IMG/VR virus record: IMGVR_UViG_3300045988_033662
Location: 1 to 36,899 of that record
Length of the DNA stretch: 36,899 bases
Direction: 5' to 3' (one strand)
From: a virus
A program made the position numbers and the translations under genes. The notes beneath the pieces are model-generated. The model had not been told where the DNA came from and did no database searches. It saw nothing but the letters and a program-made list of their open reading frames with translations. Positions 1-7,041 of this stretch are shown piece after piece. The first letter of the stretch is position 1, and the number at the start of each line of letters is the position of its first letter.

Positions 1-119
1 TCTTTTTTTCTTTAATGCTAATGGTAATAACAAAATACCAACTGCAAATGCAAATCTAATAACTCCAAATGAACTCCATAATTGAAGCATTCCCATTTTA
101 ACAAATACTCCAAATGCAA
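1..119. repeat. Terminal direct repeat copy 1: 119 bp identical to 36781..36899 (circular-closure overlap)
   Basis: Compared both ends base by base and the strings are identical. The repeat sits exactly at both window termini and lies inside one continuous minus-strand reading frame. Confidence 0.95.
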
Positions 120-924
120 TACATAATAATAGTGAAAGTCCTGTTCCTATTTTCTTATTTCCTACTTCATGAAGTGCTACTGCAATACTATCTATTGTTG
201 ATGTAGTTACTCCAAGAACTGCTACTAATAGAATAATATGCATTGGTAGTGTAAATTTAAAGAAAGCCATTCCTAATATTAACAGCATATAAAGTCCAAA
301 TAAAAATGCTCCTAAATAATAACCTTTTTTACTTTCATCTGCTTCTGCTCTTTGCCAATGTTGTACATCTCCAATAGGTCCAGCAAATAAAATAAGTCCA
401 GACCATACTCCCCATAGCACACCACTCATGCTAGTTGGTGCAAATGCTTGTAATGGGGCTTTTGTAAATATTCCAACTGATATAATTACGATTATTGATA
501 CAATAGCAATGATCCATTGATATACATCTGTTTTAACTGATGTTGGTAGTCCTTTTTTGTAAACAATTAAAGTAAAGAAAAATCCTAATGCTATTGTTAT
601 CAAATATGCTGCAGTTGTACTACCTGTAATAATTAAAAATTGTTGATTGATAAAATTCAACTGAACTAATAAGCAAAATAATTGAATTATTAATGCTATT
701 ACTTTTACTTCTTTTCTATTATAAGTTTCTGGACTAATTTTTTTATTGTTATATAGCCATCCAAATAATGCAAGTGTTAAGGTATTACAAACAGCCCATA
801 TAATCCATGCGATTATACCTTTCTCTTGAGCTATTTGTTGTCCCATGATTAAAGATGTTCCCCAAGCCCAACTTGCAGCACTTGAAGCACCTATTCTTTT
901 AAAACTTAAGTTCTTATTTGTCAT
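1..924 (-). CDS. Polytopic membrane protein, transporter-like, 5' part. ATG at 924; continues across the junction into 36631..36780; 357 aa in total.
   Basis: Hand translation from ATG 922..924 gives MTNKNLSFKRIGASSAASWAWGTSLIMGQQ... with no stop down to base 1. It is in frame with track ORF 36631..36876 ((924-96)/3 is an integer). About 10-11 hydrophobic segments. Missing from the ORF track only because it runs off the window edge. Confidence 0.75.
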   Translation of the reverse strand, partial: MTNKNLSFKRIGASSAASWAWGTSLIMGQQIAQEKGIIAWIIWAVCNTLTLALFGWLYNNKKISPETYNRKEVKVIALIIQLFCLLVQLNFINQQFLIITGSTTAAYLITIALGFFFTLIVYKKGLPTSVKTDVYQWIIAIVSIIVIISVGIFTKAPLQAFAPTSMSGVLWGVWSGLILFAGPIGDVQHWQRAEADESKKGYYLGAFLFGLYMLLILGMAFFKFTLPMHIILLVAVLGVTTSTIDSIAVALHEVGNKKIGTGLSLLLCIAFGVFVKMGMLQLWSSFGVIRFAFAVGILLLPLALKKKR

Positions 925-1340
925 TTTTATCTCACTCTCATTTTCAAGCCATCACATGATGCTTTTATTTAATTTAAGGCCTTTTTTTAGCCAATTTCTC
1001 CGACTTTGTTATCAGCAAGTCTAATAGTCAACAGCTTCATCATTGTTTCACGGATTGTTCTCGTAATGAATTAAGTCATCGACTTTCTTATAAATGATAT
1101 TGATTCTCTTGTTTCACATTTTCATTCCCTTCCTTTCTTATATCGCCCGCTCATGTTCCACGTGGAACACTTTCGCATGATTTTCGCTTCTTTTTGAAAC
1201 AAAAAACGGCTTATACTCACATTATAGCGTTAATTTAGCCGTTTTTCCAAAAAATCTTTGTATTTTATTATTTTTGTGTTCTTGCGTATCAGCGTTTCAT
1301 CTTACTGTCACACCAGACCATGCTCATTACCACGGGCGGG
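925..1340 (-). promoter_or_regulatory. 416-bp non-coding region between HNH and the membrane-protein gene; candidate cos/packaging site plus promoter and long leader
   Basis: No ORF longer than about 18 codons. Perfect 14-bp palindrome GTTCCACGTGGAAC at 1155..1168. G+C-rich motifs at 1144..1150 and 1333..1340. Minus-strand TTGGAA (1245..1250), 18 nt, TATAAT (1221..1226). Hairpin arms at 1202..1211 and 1237..1246. Near-copy of the cassette palindrome at 1186..1201. Confidence 0.3.
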
Positions 1341-1721
1341 TTATTTCAAACTGTCTATTCTCTGCATAGCTAACTTAATTAAATACTCTTTGTCAATCAT
1401 TCCTGCATCAGCCATCCTGTGACAGTCTTTGCATAAGCATATAAGGTTATCATCTTCCAACCATAGCTCTGGCTTGTCTTTCAGCTTCTCTATGTGATGT
1501 ACCTCGACATTTCTGTAGTTGTAAATACCTTTGTCCTTGCACACTTCACATAGATAGTTTGCATCCTCTCTAATCTGCTTGCTCTTCTCTGTCCATGCAC
1601 TCTTGCTTCTCATCCTTGACTCTTTGTAACTGTACTTGTATCGCTTCTTTTCTGCCTTGCATACATACCCTTTCGGATGTATCTTCCCGCACCTGCTACA
1701 AGAATAATAGCCTTGTGCCAT
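1341..1721 (-). CDS. HNH homing-type endonuclease (terminase-associated HNH of cos phages)
   Basis: Cys pairs CSRCGK...C, EVHHIEKLKD and NLICLCKDCH form an HNH/zinc motif. ATGA-type overlap with the endolysin stop. Confidence 0.85.
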   Translation of the reverse strand: MAQGYYSCSRCGKIHPKGYVCKAEKKRYKYSYKESRMRSKSAWTEKSKQIREDANYLCEVCKDKGIYNYRNVEVHHIEKLKDKPELWLEDDNLICLCKDCHRMADAGMIDKEYLIKLAMQRIDSLK

Positions 1722-2755
1722 TACTTAACTCTGATACGCTGTCCAGCACGAATCTTATTCGGATTAGCAATACCGTTCATCTGTGCTAAATGCTGATATG
1801 TTGTTCCGTATTTAGAAGCAATACCACTTAATGTATCGCCACGTTTAACAGTATAATATACTGCTTTACTTGCTTTATTAGAATTCATCAGTTTACTAAC
1901 AATTGCTTGTATTGCAGTGTAGTTATATCCTGCTCTTGTTAAACGCTGTTTGCGATCATCGCCATTGCCCCACTTTCCTGCAATGACTTCCTGTGCAATC
2001 TCTTCATTAGATTTCTTTGCAAGCTTTGCATTCACTGCGTTCTGAACAGCATTGTAATCATATCCTGCATCGGTTAAGCGTTTCTTTCTGTCAGTTCCAT
2101 TACCCCACTGACCCGCAATCACTTCCTCAGCAATCTGATCAATTGGTTTTGGCTGAGGTTGTGTTGTGTTACCTCTTGAATATCTTGAAAGGTCTGCATA
2201 CATTACATTCTTGTCTAATGGCTTAGAAGTGTACTGTTGTAATGTGCCGTATTGGGAAGTGTTTGTATGCTGTGATCCATCATTCTTGCCCCAATTAGCC
2301 ACCCATTTGTCGAATCTGTCATTTAAGCCTTTTACATACTGAAGCCATGAACTAGAAGTGTAAATACCAGAATAATATCCTGCGTCTTCAATCATTTTGC
2401 AGAACTTATAACAAATAGGTGCAATAGTTCCATTTGAGAACTTAAAGCCGTGTTTCTTTTTATATCCATCTGCATCTTCCATATCGAACCATACGCCAAC
2501 CTTGATATCGTTCTTATATTTTGCAATTGCATTAAGCACTCCTCTTGCTTCTGCTTCTGCTTCTGCTTCATTCAGTGCATATGAATAATGATATACCCCA
2601 AATGGAATGCCTAGCCTTTTGCACTCGTTCACGTTTCTTTCAAATTTTTCGTCTAAATGAAAGTGGCCATAACCAACACGAATAATTACGAACTGCCCTT
2701 TATATTGTTCTAAATTAATATTGCCGTTGTGTTTTGAAATATCAATACCGTACAT
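1721..2755 (-). CDS. Endolysin: GH25 muramidase + two CW_7 (Cpl-7-like) repeats + C-terminal LysM
   Basis: N-terminus MYGIDISKHNGNINLEQYKGQFVIIRVGYG is GH25-like. Two repeats IA(E/Q)EVIAG(Q/K)WGNG(T/D)DRK(K/Q)RLT.AGY.Y. C-terminal YYTVKRGDTLSGIASKYGTTYQHLAQMNGI is LysM-like. Confidence 0.85.
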   Translation of the reverse strand: MYGIDISKHNGNINLEQYKGQFVIIRVGYGHFHLDEKFERNVNECKRLGIPFGVYHYSYALNEAEAEAEARGVLNAIAKYKNDIKVGVWFDMEDADGYKKKHGFKFSNGTIAPICYKFCKMIEDAGYYSGIYTSSSWLQYVKGLNDRFDKWVANWGKNDGSQHTNTSQYGTLQQYTSKPLDKNVMYADLSRYSRGNTTQPQPKPIDQIAEEVIAGQWGNGTDRKKRLTDAGYDYNAVQNAVNAKLAKKSNEEIAQEVIAGKWGNGDDRKQRLTRAGYNYTAIQAIVSKLMNSNKASKAVYYTVKRGDTLSGIASKYGTTYQHLAQMNGIANPNKIRAGQRIRVK

Positions 2756-2769
2756 TTTTTTATCCCTCC

Positions 2770-3117
2770 TTATTTAACCTTGTCTTCAAGTCCTTTTATT
2801 CTTTCCTCGTGATCATCCTTGTACTTGAACAACGTCTTTACACGTTCCGTAACAAGGACGAGTTGTTCTGATACATTTTTCAACTGCTCAGCCTTTTCGC
2901 TATTTTCTGCCATCATCTTTTTTGTGGTGTCGCAAAATTCATCAAGTTTTACATTAATCTTTACAAAGTTTTTTTCGATATCCATCTGCCTATTCTTTTC
3001 TCGCTCTGCCTGCTCTTCCTGACGTTTTTTGCCACCTGCAAAGGTGTTTATCAACGTGCATGCAAGCGATGTCAAAGAAATGAGTAATGCGATGCTTACG
3101 CTTGTTTCTGGATTCAT
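2770..3117 (-). CDS. N-terminally membrane-anchored coiled-coil protein in the lysis cassette
   Basis: One N-terminal TM segment (VSIALLISLTSLACTLINTFAG) followed by a charged heptad-rich region. Sits between holin and endolysin. Confidence 0.5.
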   Translation of the reverse strand: MNPETSVSIALLISLTSLACTLINTFAGGKKRQEEQAEREKNRQMDIEKNFVKINVKLDEFCDTTKKMMAENSEKAEQLKNVSEQLVLVTERVKTLFKYKDDHEERIKGLEDKVK

Positions 3118-3345
3118 TTATTTCACCTTGTTATAGTTTGCTGAGCTTACCTGTAAACATGCACCAATGCAAGTACCAATTGCCGAAATAGTTCCTGCAA
3201 TAGCTTCTGCATAACTCCATCCCCAGATTTTGCCGAGCGTGATAATTAACACTGAAAATGCGTTCGTTCCAACAAGTGCAACCCACTTTAGAATGTCATA
3301 TGTTTTATTAGAAAATACCATTTTTTTGCCCTCCTTTACTAACAT
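3118..3345 (-). CDS. Holin with dual-start motif (ATG 3345 and ATG 3321)
   Basis: 75 aa with two hydrophobic segments, immediately upstream of the lysis genes. Two in-frame starts are 8 codons apart (MLVKEGKK-MVFSNK...), each behind its own duplicated SD string (gagggcaaaaaaATG / ggagggcaaaaaaATG). Confidence 0.6.
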   Translation of the reverse strand: MLVKEGKKMVFSNKTYDILKWVALVGTNAFSVLIITLGKIWGWSYAEAIAGTISAIGTCIGACLQVSSANYNKVK

Positions 3346-3370
3346 TTTTTTGCCCTCTTTCTCTACTGTA

Positions 3371-3418
3371 ATTATACTCTAATTATTACCAGAAAAAAGG
3401 GTTTTTATGCCCTTTTTT
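3371..3418 (-). promoter_or_regulatory. Candidate terminator hairpin (3393..3418) followed by a -10-only promoter (TATAAT = 3371..3376) upstream of the holin
   Basis: Minus strand reads AAAAAAGGG-cataaaaa-CCCTTTTTT, then TATAAT with no recognisable -35. This pattern is typical of activator-dependent late promoters. Confidence 0.3.
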
Positions 3419-3442
3419 CAATCGTAATTTCAATGTACATCG

Positions 3443-3805
3443 CTAATCATTTTCTTTTTCCTTTAACTCTTCATAATAGCTTTTTAAATCTCCAAGATAG
3501 CTATTCAATCTATCATTTTCTGTTCTATGCATCCACTTTGCTTTGAATTTGTTCACACACTCTTTATATTTTTCTTCTCCGATATCGCATGAATCGAACC
3601 ATTCCAAGCCATGTAGCAAGCACATTACATCTGCCATGAGTTCAGATAGTTCTCTGTCATGCATCGGATTCAAGTTTCTTGCAATTCTCGCGATTTTCTC
3701 ATTACAAACATTTGTGTAATAATTGTCTACACGATTTTCAAAACGATCTCCAAACAATGCTTCGTTTATCTCATTTGCTATATAGTTATGACTTCCACCA
3801 CTCAT
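3443..3805 (-). CDS. Hypothetical protein (120 aa), last gene before the late promoter
   Basis: Track ORF with ATGA overlap to the upstream gene stop. No family recognised. Confidence 0.55.
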   Translation of the reverse strand: MSGGSHNYIANEINEALFGDRFENRVDNYYTNVCNEKIARIARNLNPMHDRELSELMADVMCLLHGLEWFDSCDIGEEKYKECVNKFKAKWMHRTENDRLNSYLGDLKSYYEELKEKEND

Positions 3806-4041
3806 GATTTAAGTACCTCTATAGCTATTGAAGTTGTGTGAGTATCATTAAAGTCCATCACAGAAACAATTTTTTTGTCTCCGTAGTCTTTTTTTACTTT
3901 TTCAAATTTAAACAAGCCTATAGGCTTTCCGAATGGAAATATTTCTCTGCTTTCAATCAGTTCGATAGTTTTGTACTTTGGATTAAAATCTTTAACAAGT
4001 ATTCCTTCAACATCATTTAATAATTTATGTGAATTATTCAT
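3802..4041 (-). CDS. Hypothetical protein (79 aa)
   Basis: Track ORF in the same orientation, translationally coupled to the 120-aa ORF (ATGA overlap at 3802..3805). Confidence 0.5.
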   Translation of the reverse strand: MNNSHKLLNDVEGILVKDFNPKYKTIELIESREIFPFGKPIGLFKFEKVKKDYGDKKIVSVMDFNDTHTTSIAIEVLKS

Positions 4042-4091
4042 AATTCTTCATACTCCTTCTGAATCTGTTCCATTATTTCTTTGCCTTTCTT

Positions 4092-4262
4092 TTATTTTTT
4101 TTGCTCAATAATGATTTTCCCGTTTTCTGCCTTAACTGTGATCTCTTTTTCAGGATCAAGCCCAGATTCCGCCACAATCTTTTTTGATATTGTCGCATTA
4201 TACGTGTTGACCTTTACGTCACCACCGAGCGTTTTGTACTTCAATTTTGCAAGTTTTGCCAT
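4092..4262 (-). CDS. Small AbrB/SpoVT (MazE-like) fold DNA-binding protein, 56 aa. Not in the ORF track (under 60 aa).
   Basis: Hand translation: MAKLAKLKYKTLGGDVKVNTYNATISKKIVAESGLDPEKEITVKAENGKIIIEQKK. SD GAGAGG lies upstream. The pattern resembles swapped-hairpin AbrB-type domains. Confidence 0.45.
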   Translation of the reverse strand: MAKLAKLKYKTLGGDVKVNTYNATISKKIVAESGLDPEKEITVKAENGKIIIEQKK

Positions 4263-4304
4263 TTTTTTACCTCTCTTTATCTTTTCAAATATATAGTTAT
4301 CTAA

Positions 4305-4434
4305 CTCATGAAGTAGTTTGAGAATGCCAACACTAAGTATTAGGAGAAACGATTTTCAGTAAAAGTATTGGAAAATTATAAGTCATATTATAAGTATTGC
4401 GTTTTGTGCTGACACCCTCAAACAACTTCACGAG
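4305..4434 (-). repeat. Long-range inverted repeat: 18-nt arms 4305..4322 and 4417..4434 enclosing 94 nt
   Basis: Arms are ctcatgaagtagtttgag and ctcaaacaacttcacgag. 16/18 are Watson-Crick, and one of the two mismatches becomes a G.U pair only in minus-strand RNA. The loop holds three AAGTATT repeats (4335, 4363, 4392) at 28-29 nt spacing and two TATAAT boxes. Confidence 0.6.
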
Positions 4435-4474
4435 CCATTTTTTATATTTATTTAGTTCTGCATTTTATTCATCA

Positions 4475-4549
4475 CTATTCTTTCCAGAAATATCCAATCG
4501 CTATCAAAACTATTGATACTGCTATGAGTAATATTCCGATAAAATCCAT
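4475..4549 (-). CDS. 24-aa single-TM hydrophobic peptide (MDFIGILLIAVSIVLIAIGYFWKE)
   Basis: ATG at 4549 lies 8 nt downstream of a strong AGGAGG, and one base after the stop of the 61-aa ORF. Not in the ORF track because of its size. Confidence 0.45.
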   Translation of the reverse strand: MDFIGILLIAVSIVLIAIGYFWKE

Positions 4550-4550
4550 G

Positions 4551-4736
4551 CTATCTGCCTCCTGCAATAAGAAAATACTGCACGAACAGTATATTCATGA
4601 ATAATGAACTGCAACAGAAGACTTTCACTCCAGTTGAGTTCCAGTTATTTCCAGTAAGAACCATGGAAATTAGAATAACTAATATACATATGTCTGATAA
4701 AAGGCATAATGCCCTGTTTTTATTCAATTTTTTCAT
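4551..4736 (-). CDS. 61-aa two-TM small membrane protein
   Basis: Track ORF. AAGGAG SD about 10 nt upstream of the ATG. Two hydrophobic segments. Confidence 0.5.
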   Translation of the reverse strand: MKKLNKNRALCLLSDICILVILISMVLTGNNWNSTGVKVFCCSSLFMNILFVQYFLIAGGR

Positions 4737-4766
4737 TCAAAATCACTCCTTTATCATTCGTAAATA

Positions 4767-4910
4767 TCAATGAATCCCTATATCGAAAATGATATTAAAT
4801 ATACAGAATCTAAGTAGGTTTTTAATAGAATTTTCTTATGAGCCACGTTTTGATTAGTCCGTGTAACTAATGTTTTTAAAATATGAGTATCAATATAGGG
4901 ATACATGATT
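4767..4910 (-). repeat. Second long-range inverted repeat: arms about 4767..4786 and 4890..4910 enclosing about 100 nt
   Basis: Core is atgNatccctatatNga against its reverse complement. One mismatch is a U.G pair only in minus-strand RNA. The right arm overlaps the stop codon of ORF 4909..5115. Confidence 0.5.
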
Positions 4911-5115
4911 AATCTTCCTCTTTAATCCATTTTAGAAAATTTTCTTTTGAGTAGAATGGACAATTCCCTTCACAGCTCCCAATGTCACAAGGTACATCTA
5001 TTCTATTTCCTTTTAAAGAATCATTGAAATTGTAACAGACACAATCTCCGTACATTTCCATTTCACCAATATAATTAGCGACTGCTTCCAGCTTCTCATT
5101 ATTTACAAATCCCAT
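4909..5115 (-). CDS. Cys-rich small protein (68 aa)
   Basis: Track ORF. Has CxC...C....C...C and ends ...FLKWIKEED. Resembles the N-terminal part of gene 7042..7671. Confidence 0.5.
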   Translation of the reverse strand: MGFVNNEKLEAVANYIGEMEMYGDCVCYNFNDSLKGNRIDVPCDIGSCEGNCPFYSKENFLKWIKEED

Positions 5116-5119
5116 ATTT

Positions 5120-5272
5120 TCAACCTCTTTTGACTAGCTGAACATCTGCAACATTTTCTTGTGACTTGACAGTGTAGCCAATAACGTAATATTTCTTTTT
5201 TAATTCTTCGAGTTCGTTCAAAAACTGCTGATAAGTGATGTAGATTACTTTTTTTATCAAATAGTTATTCAT
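5120..5272 (-). CDS. Hypothetical small protein (50 aa, not in track)
   Basis: Hand translation MNNYLIKKVIYITYQQFLNELEELKKKYYVIGYTVKSQENVADVQLVKRG. Fills the gap between two minus-strand ORFs. Confidence 0.4.
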   Translation of the reverse strand: MNNYLIKKVIYITYQQFLNELEELKKKYYVIGYTVKSQENVADVQLVKRG

Positions 5273-5278
5273 GTTATT

Positions 5279-5533
5279 TCACCTGCTCTTTTTAGTCCAT
5301 CGCCACGTTGTGGTTTCTGCCTCAATTAGAATATGAGGTTCTGATGCTTCTTCTGCAATACCAACATTAGTTACGATTGCATTGCCGTATGTTTTTTTGC
5401 CTTTTGTATATTCCTCTGATAAACATACAGATGACTTAGTTCCTCGAAAAGTCACAGCATCAATTTTGAGATCATTTATCTTTAGAATAATAGGAATTTT
5501 TCCTTTTATATTAGTTAATAATTCATTTAGTTT
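5279..5533 (-). CDS. Hypothetical protein (likely start MKLNELLTNIKG...)
   Basis: Track ORF 5279..5632. An internal ATG at 5533 would give a short overlap with the upstream ORF stop at 5523. Confidence 0.45.
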   Translation of the reverse strand, partial: KLNELLTNIKGKIPIILKINDLKIDAVTFRGTKSSVCLSEEYTKGKKTYGNAIVTNVGIAEEASEPHILIEAETTTWRWTKKSR

Positions 5534-5780
5534 CATCTTCAACCATCTCGCAGTGTTTAAAAATTTCCTCAAATTCATTATCAGTAAAAACAATTTCCGT
5601 AGGATCAATACGATAGATATTTCCTTTTCCATCTTCTATGATGGCAAATACACCACTAACTTGTCCTCCTGGATGTCCACCAATCATAGGTGATGGCGAA
5701 ATTACATATGAATTCTGCTCAAAACAGTGAAATATATAATTTTCATCTTCATATCTGCATGGTCTATAATAATCTTCCAT
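5523..5780 (-). CDS. Hypothetical protein (85 aa)
   Basis: Track ORF, tightly packed in the minus-strand operon. Confidence 0.5.
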   Translation of the reverse strand: MEDYYRPCRYEDENYIFHCFEQNSYVISPSPMIGGHPGGQVSGVFAIIEDGKGNIYRIDPTEIVFTDNEFEEIFKHCEMVEDETK

Positions 5781-5789
5781 AACCTTCTC

Positions 5790-6122
5790 CTATCTGATAA
5801 ATAAGTAAATCATCAACATAAGTGTAGCAGCATAGGCCGCTGCTAAGATAAAGAAATCTATGTTAGCTGCTTTGTTGCTTTTAACAAGCTTTCTATTGAA
5901 TTTATGAAGATCTTCAATCTTTTCTTCATCTTGGTTGCAGATAGCTAACAAACACTTGTTTGCTTTTTCATAACTTTTGTACTTATCTTCTAAATCTTCA
6001 TATTCAGCTTTTAAATCTTCAAATTCTTCTTTTAAAAAGGAATACTCTTCTTCTAGCTTCTTATATTCAGCTTCCTTTTCTTCTACCATTTCCTGTACTT
6101 TTTCAGCGCTAAAAACTGCCAT
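5790..6122 (-). CDS. Tail-anchored coiled-coil membrane protein (110 aa)
   Basis: Highly acidic, heptad-rich N-terminus (EEKEAEYKKLEEEYSFLKEEFEDLKAEYEDLEDKYK). C-terminal TM segment FFILAAAYAATLMLMIYLFI. Confidence 0.55.
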   Translation of the reverse strand: MAVFSAEKVQEMVEEKEAEYKKLEEEYSFLKEEFEDLKAEYEDLEDKYKSYEKANKCLLAICNQDEEKIEDLHKFNRKLVKSNKAANIDFFILAAAYAATLMLMIYLFIR

Positions 6123-6471
6123 CGCATCTAGCCTCCTCTTCTAATTCTTTTATATGATCCTGAGTTCTTTTCATGGATCTTTCTATTTTTCTTTCTATGA
6201 TTCTAGCAATTTCACGTACCTCTAGATAATCCATCAAATATAGCTCATAGATGCATATCAATACATCTGCAACCTCTTCATCCAAATGTGAAGCATTGAT
6301 TGGGTCAAATCCATTACGTTTGATTTTTGATATTGCTTGTATAAGTTCAGCATTTTCTTCCATTGCAATGGTGAGCATATGCTGATCGCCCCATGTCTCA
6401 CATACTTTTTCGAGTGCAGGACAATTTGATACAAGAGCATCAAGTATATTATTTAATTCATGTGAATCCAT
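6109..6471 (-). CDS. MazG-like all-alpha NTP pyrophosphohydrolase
   Basis: EENAELIQAI ... LDEEVADVLICIYEL matches the paired EExxE / ExxD metal-binding helices of the MazG/dimeric dUTPase-like family. Confidence 0.6.
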   Translation of the reverse strand: MDSHELNNILDALVSNCPALEKVCETWGDQHMLTIAMEENAELIQAISKIKRNGFDPINASHLDEEVADVLICIYELYLMDYLEVREIARIIERKIERSMKRTQDHIKELEEEARCDGSF

Positions 6472-6483
6472 CTATTTTTCTCC

Positions 6484-6582
6484 TTAATCAACAACAGGTT
6501 CATTGCTTTCACATTCCTGTTTGAGTTTTTCTAGAAATTCTGCGTTTGTCATTTCATGAAGTTCAGTATCTTTTTTAGTCAT
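6484..6582 (-). CDS. Hypothetical micro-protein (32 aa, not in track)
   Basis: MTKKDTELHEMTNAEFLEKLKQECESNEPVVD. GGGAGGA SD about 7 nt upstream. ATG lies 2 nt after the upstream stop. Confidence 0.4.
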   Translation of the reverse strand: MTKKDTELHEMTNAEFLEKLKQECESNEPVVD

Positions 6583-6584
6583 CG

Positions 6585-7040
6585 TTATCCTCCCATATCT
6601 GGACAGATACAGTCCAATTGATAATCTTCAAAGTGAAGTTCTTCATCTTTCAAAATTTTTCCATCAACAATTTCAATGATCTGATTGAATTCCAACCCTT
6701 TTTCAAAACCATGGATTTTCATATCAATATGATATTTTTCACATGTTTTCAGAAGTTCATCTGCTGAAATTCCCCATGCAAATTTAGAATCAAAGACTGC
6801 AACAAAGATTTCATCATTTTCATATTCAGAAAGATAAACTTCTACACCTTCGACAAATCCCCTTCTTGTGTTTTCAATCCAACATGTTTCATTTGAATCA
6901 ATGTCACCATATTCATCTACTGATAACTTTGGATGCTCTTCACCAAGAAATCCAACAGGATGCAAACCTTCAAGAATGAATTTTGTCATATTTTCTTTTG
7001 TTCCACGAACTTTTAAAGTTCCAGCGCACCAATTTGGCAT
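6585..7040 (-). CDS. Api92-like / DUF1281-like protein (start MPNWCAGTLKVRG)
   Basis: The N-terminal MPNWC..L.V.G signature is what I recall for that family. AGGAGG SD precedes ATG 7040. Confidence 0.45.
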   Translation of the reverse strand: MPNWCAGTLKVRGTKENMTKFILEGLHPVGFLGEEHPKLSVDEYGDIDSNETCWIENTRRGFVEGVEVYLSEYENDEIFVAVFDSKFAWGISADELLKTCEKYHIDMKIHGFEKGLEFNQIIEIVDGKILKDEELHFEDYQLDCICPDMGG

Positions 7041-7041
7041 A

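Noticed and set aside
1-119. The 119-bp end repeats as attL/attR of an integrated prophage
   Set aside because: The integrase is a serine recombinase, which has a 2-bp crossover and makes no long duplication, and it lies mid-window. The repeat coincides exactly with the window ends. Joining the ends restores one uninterrupted ORF.
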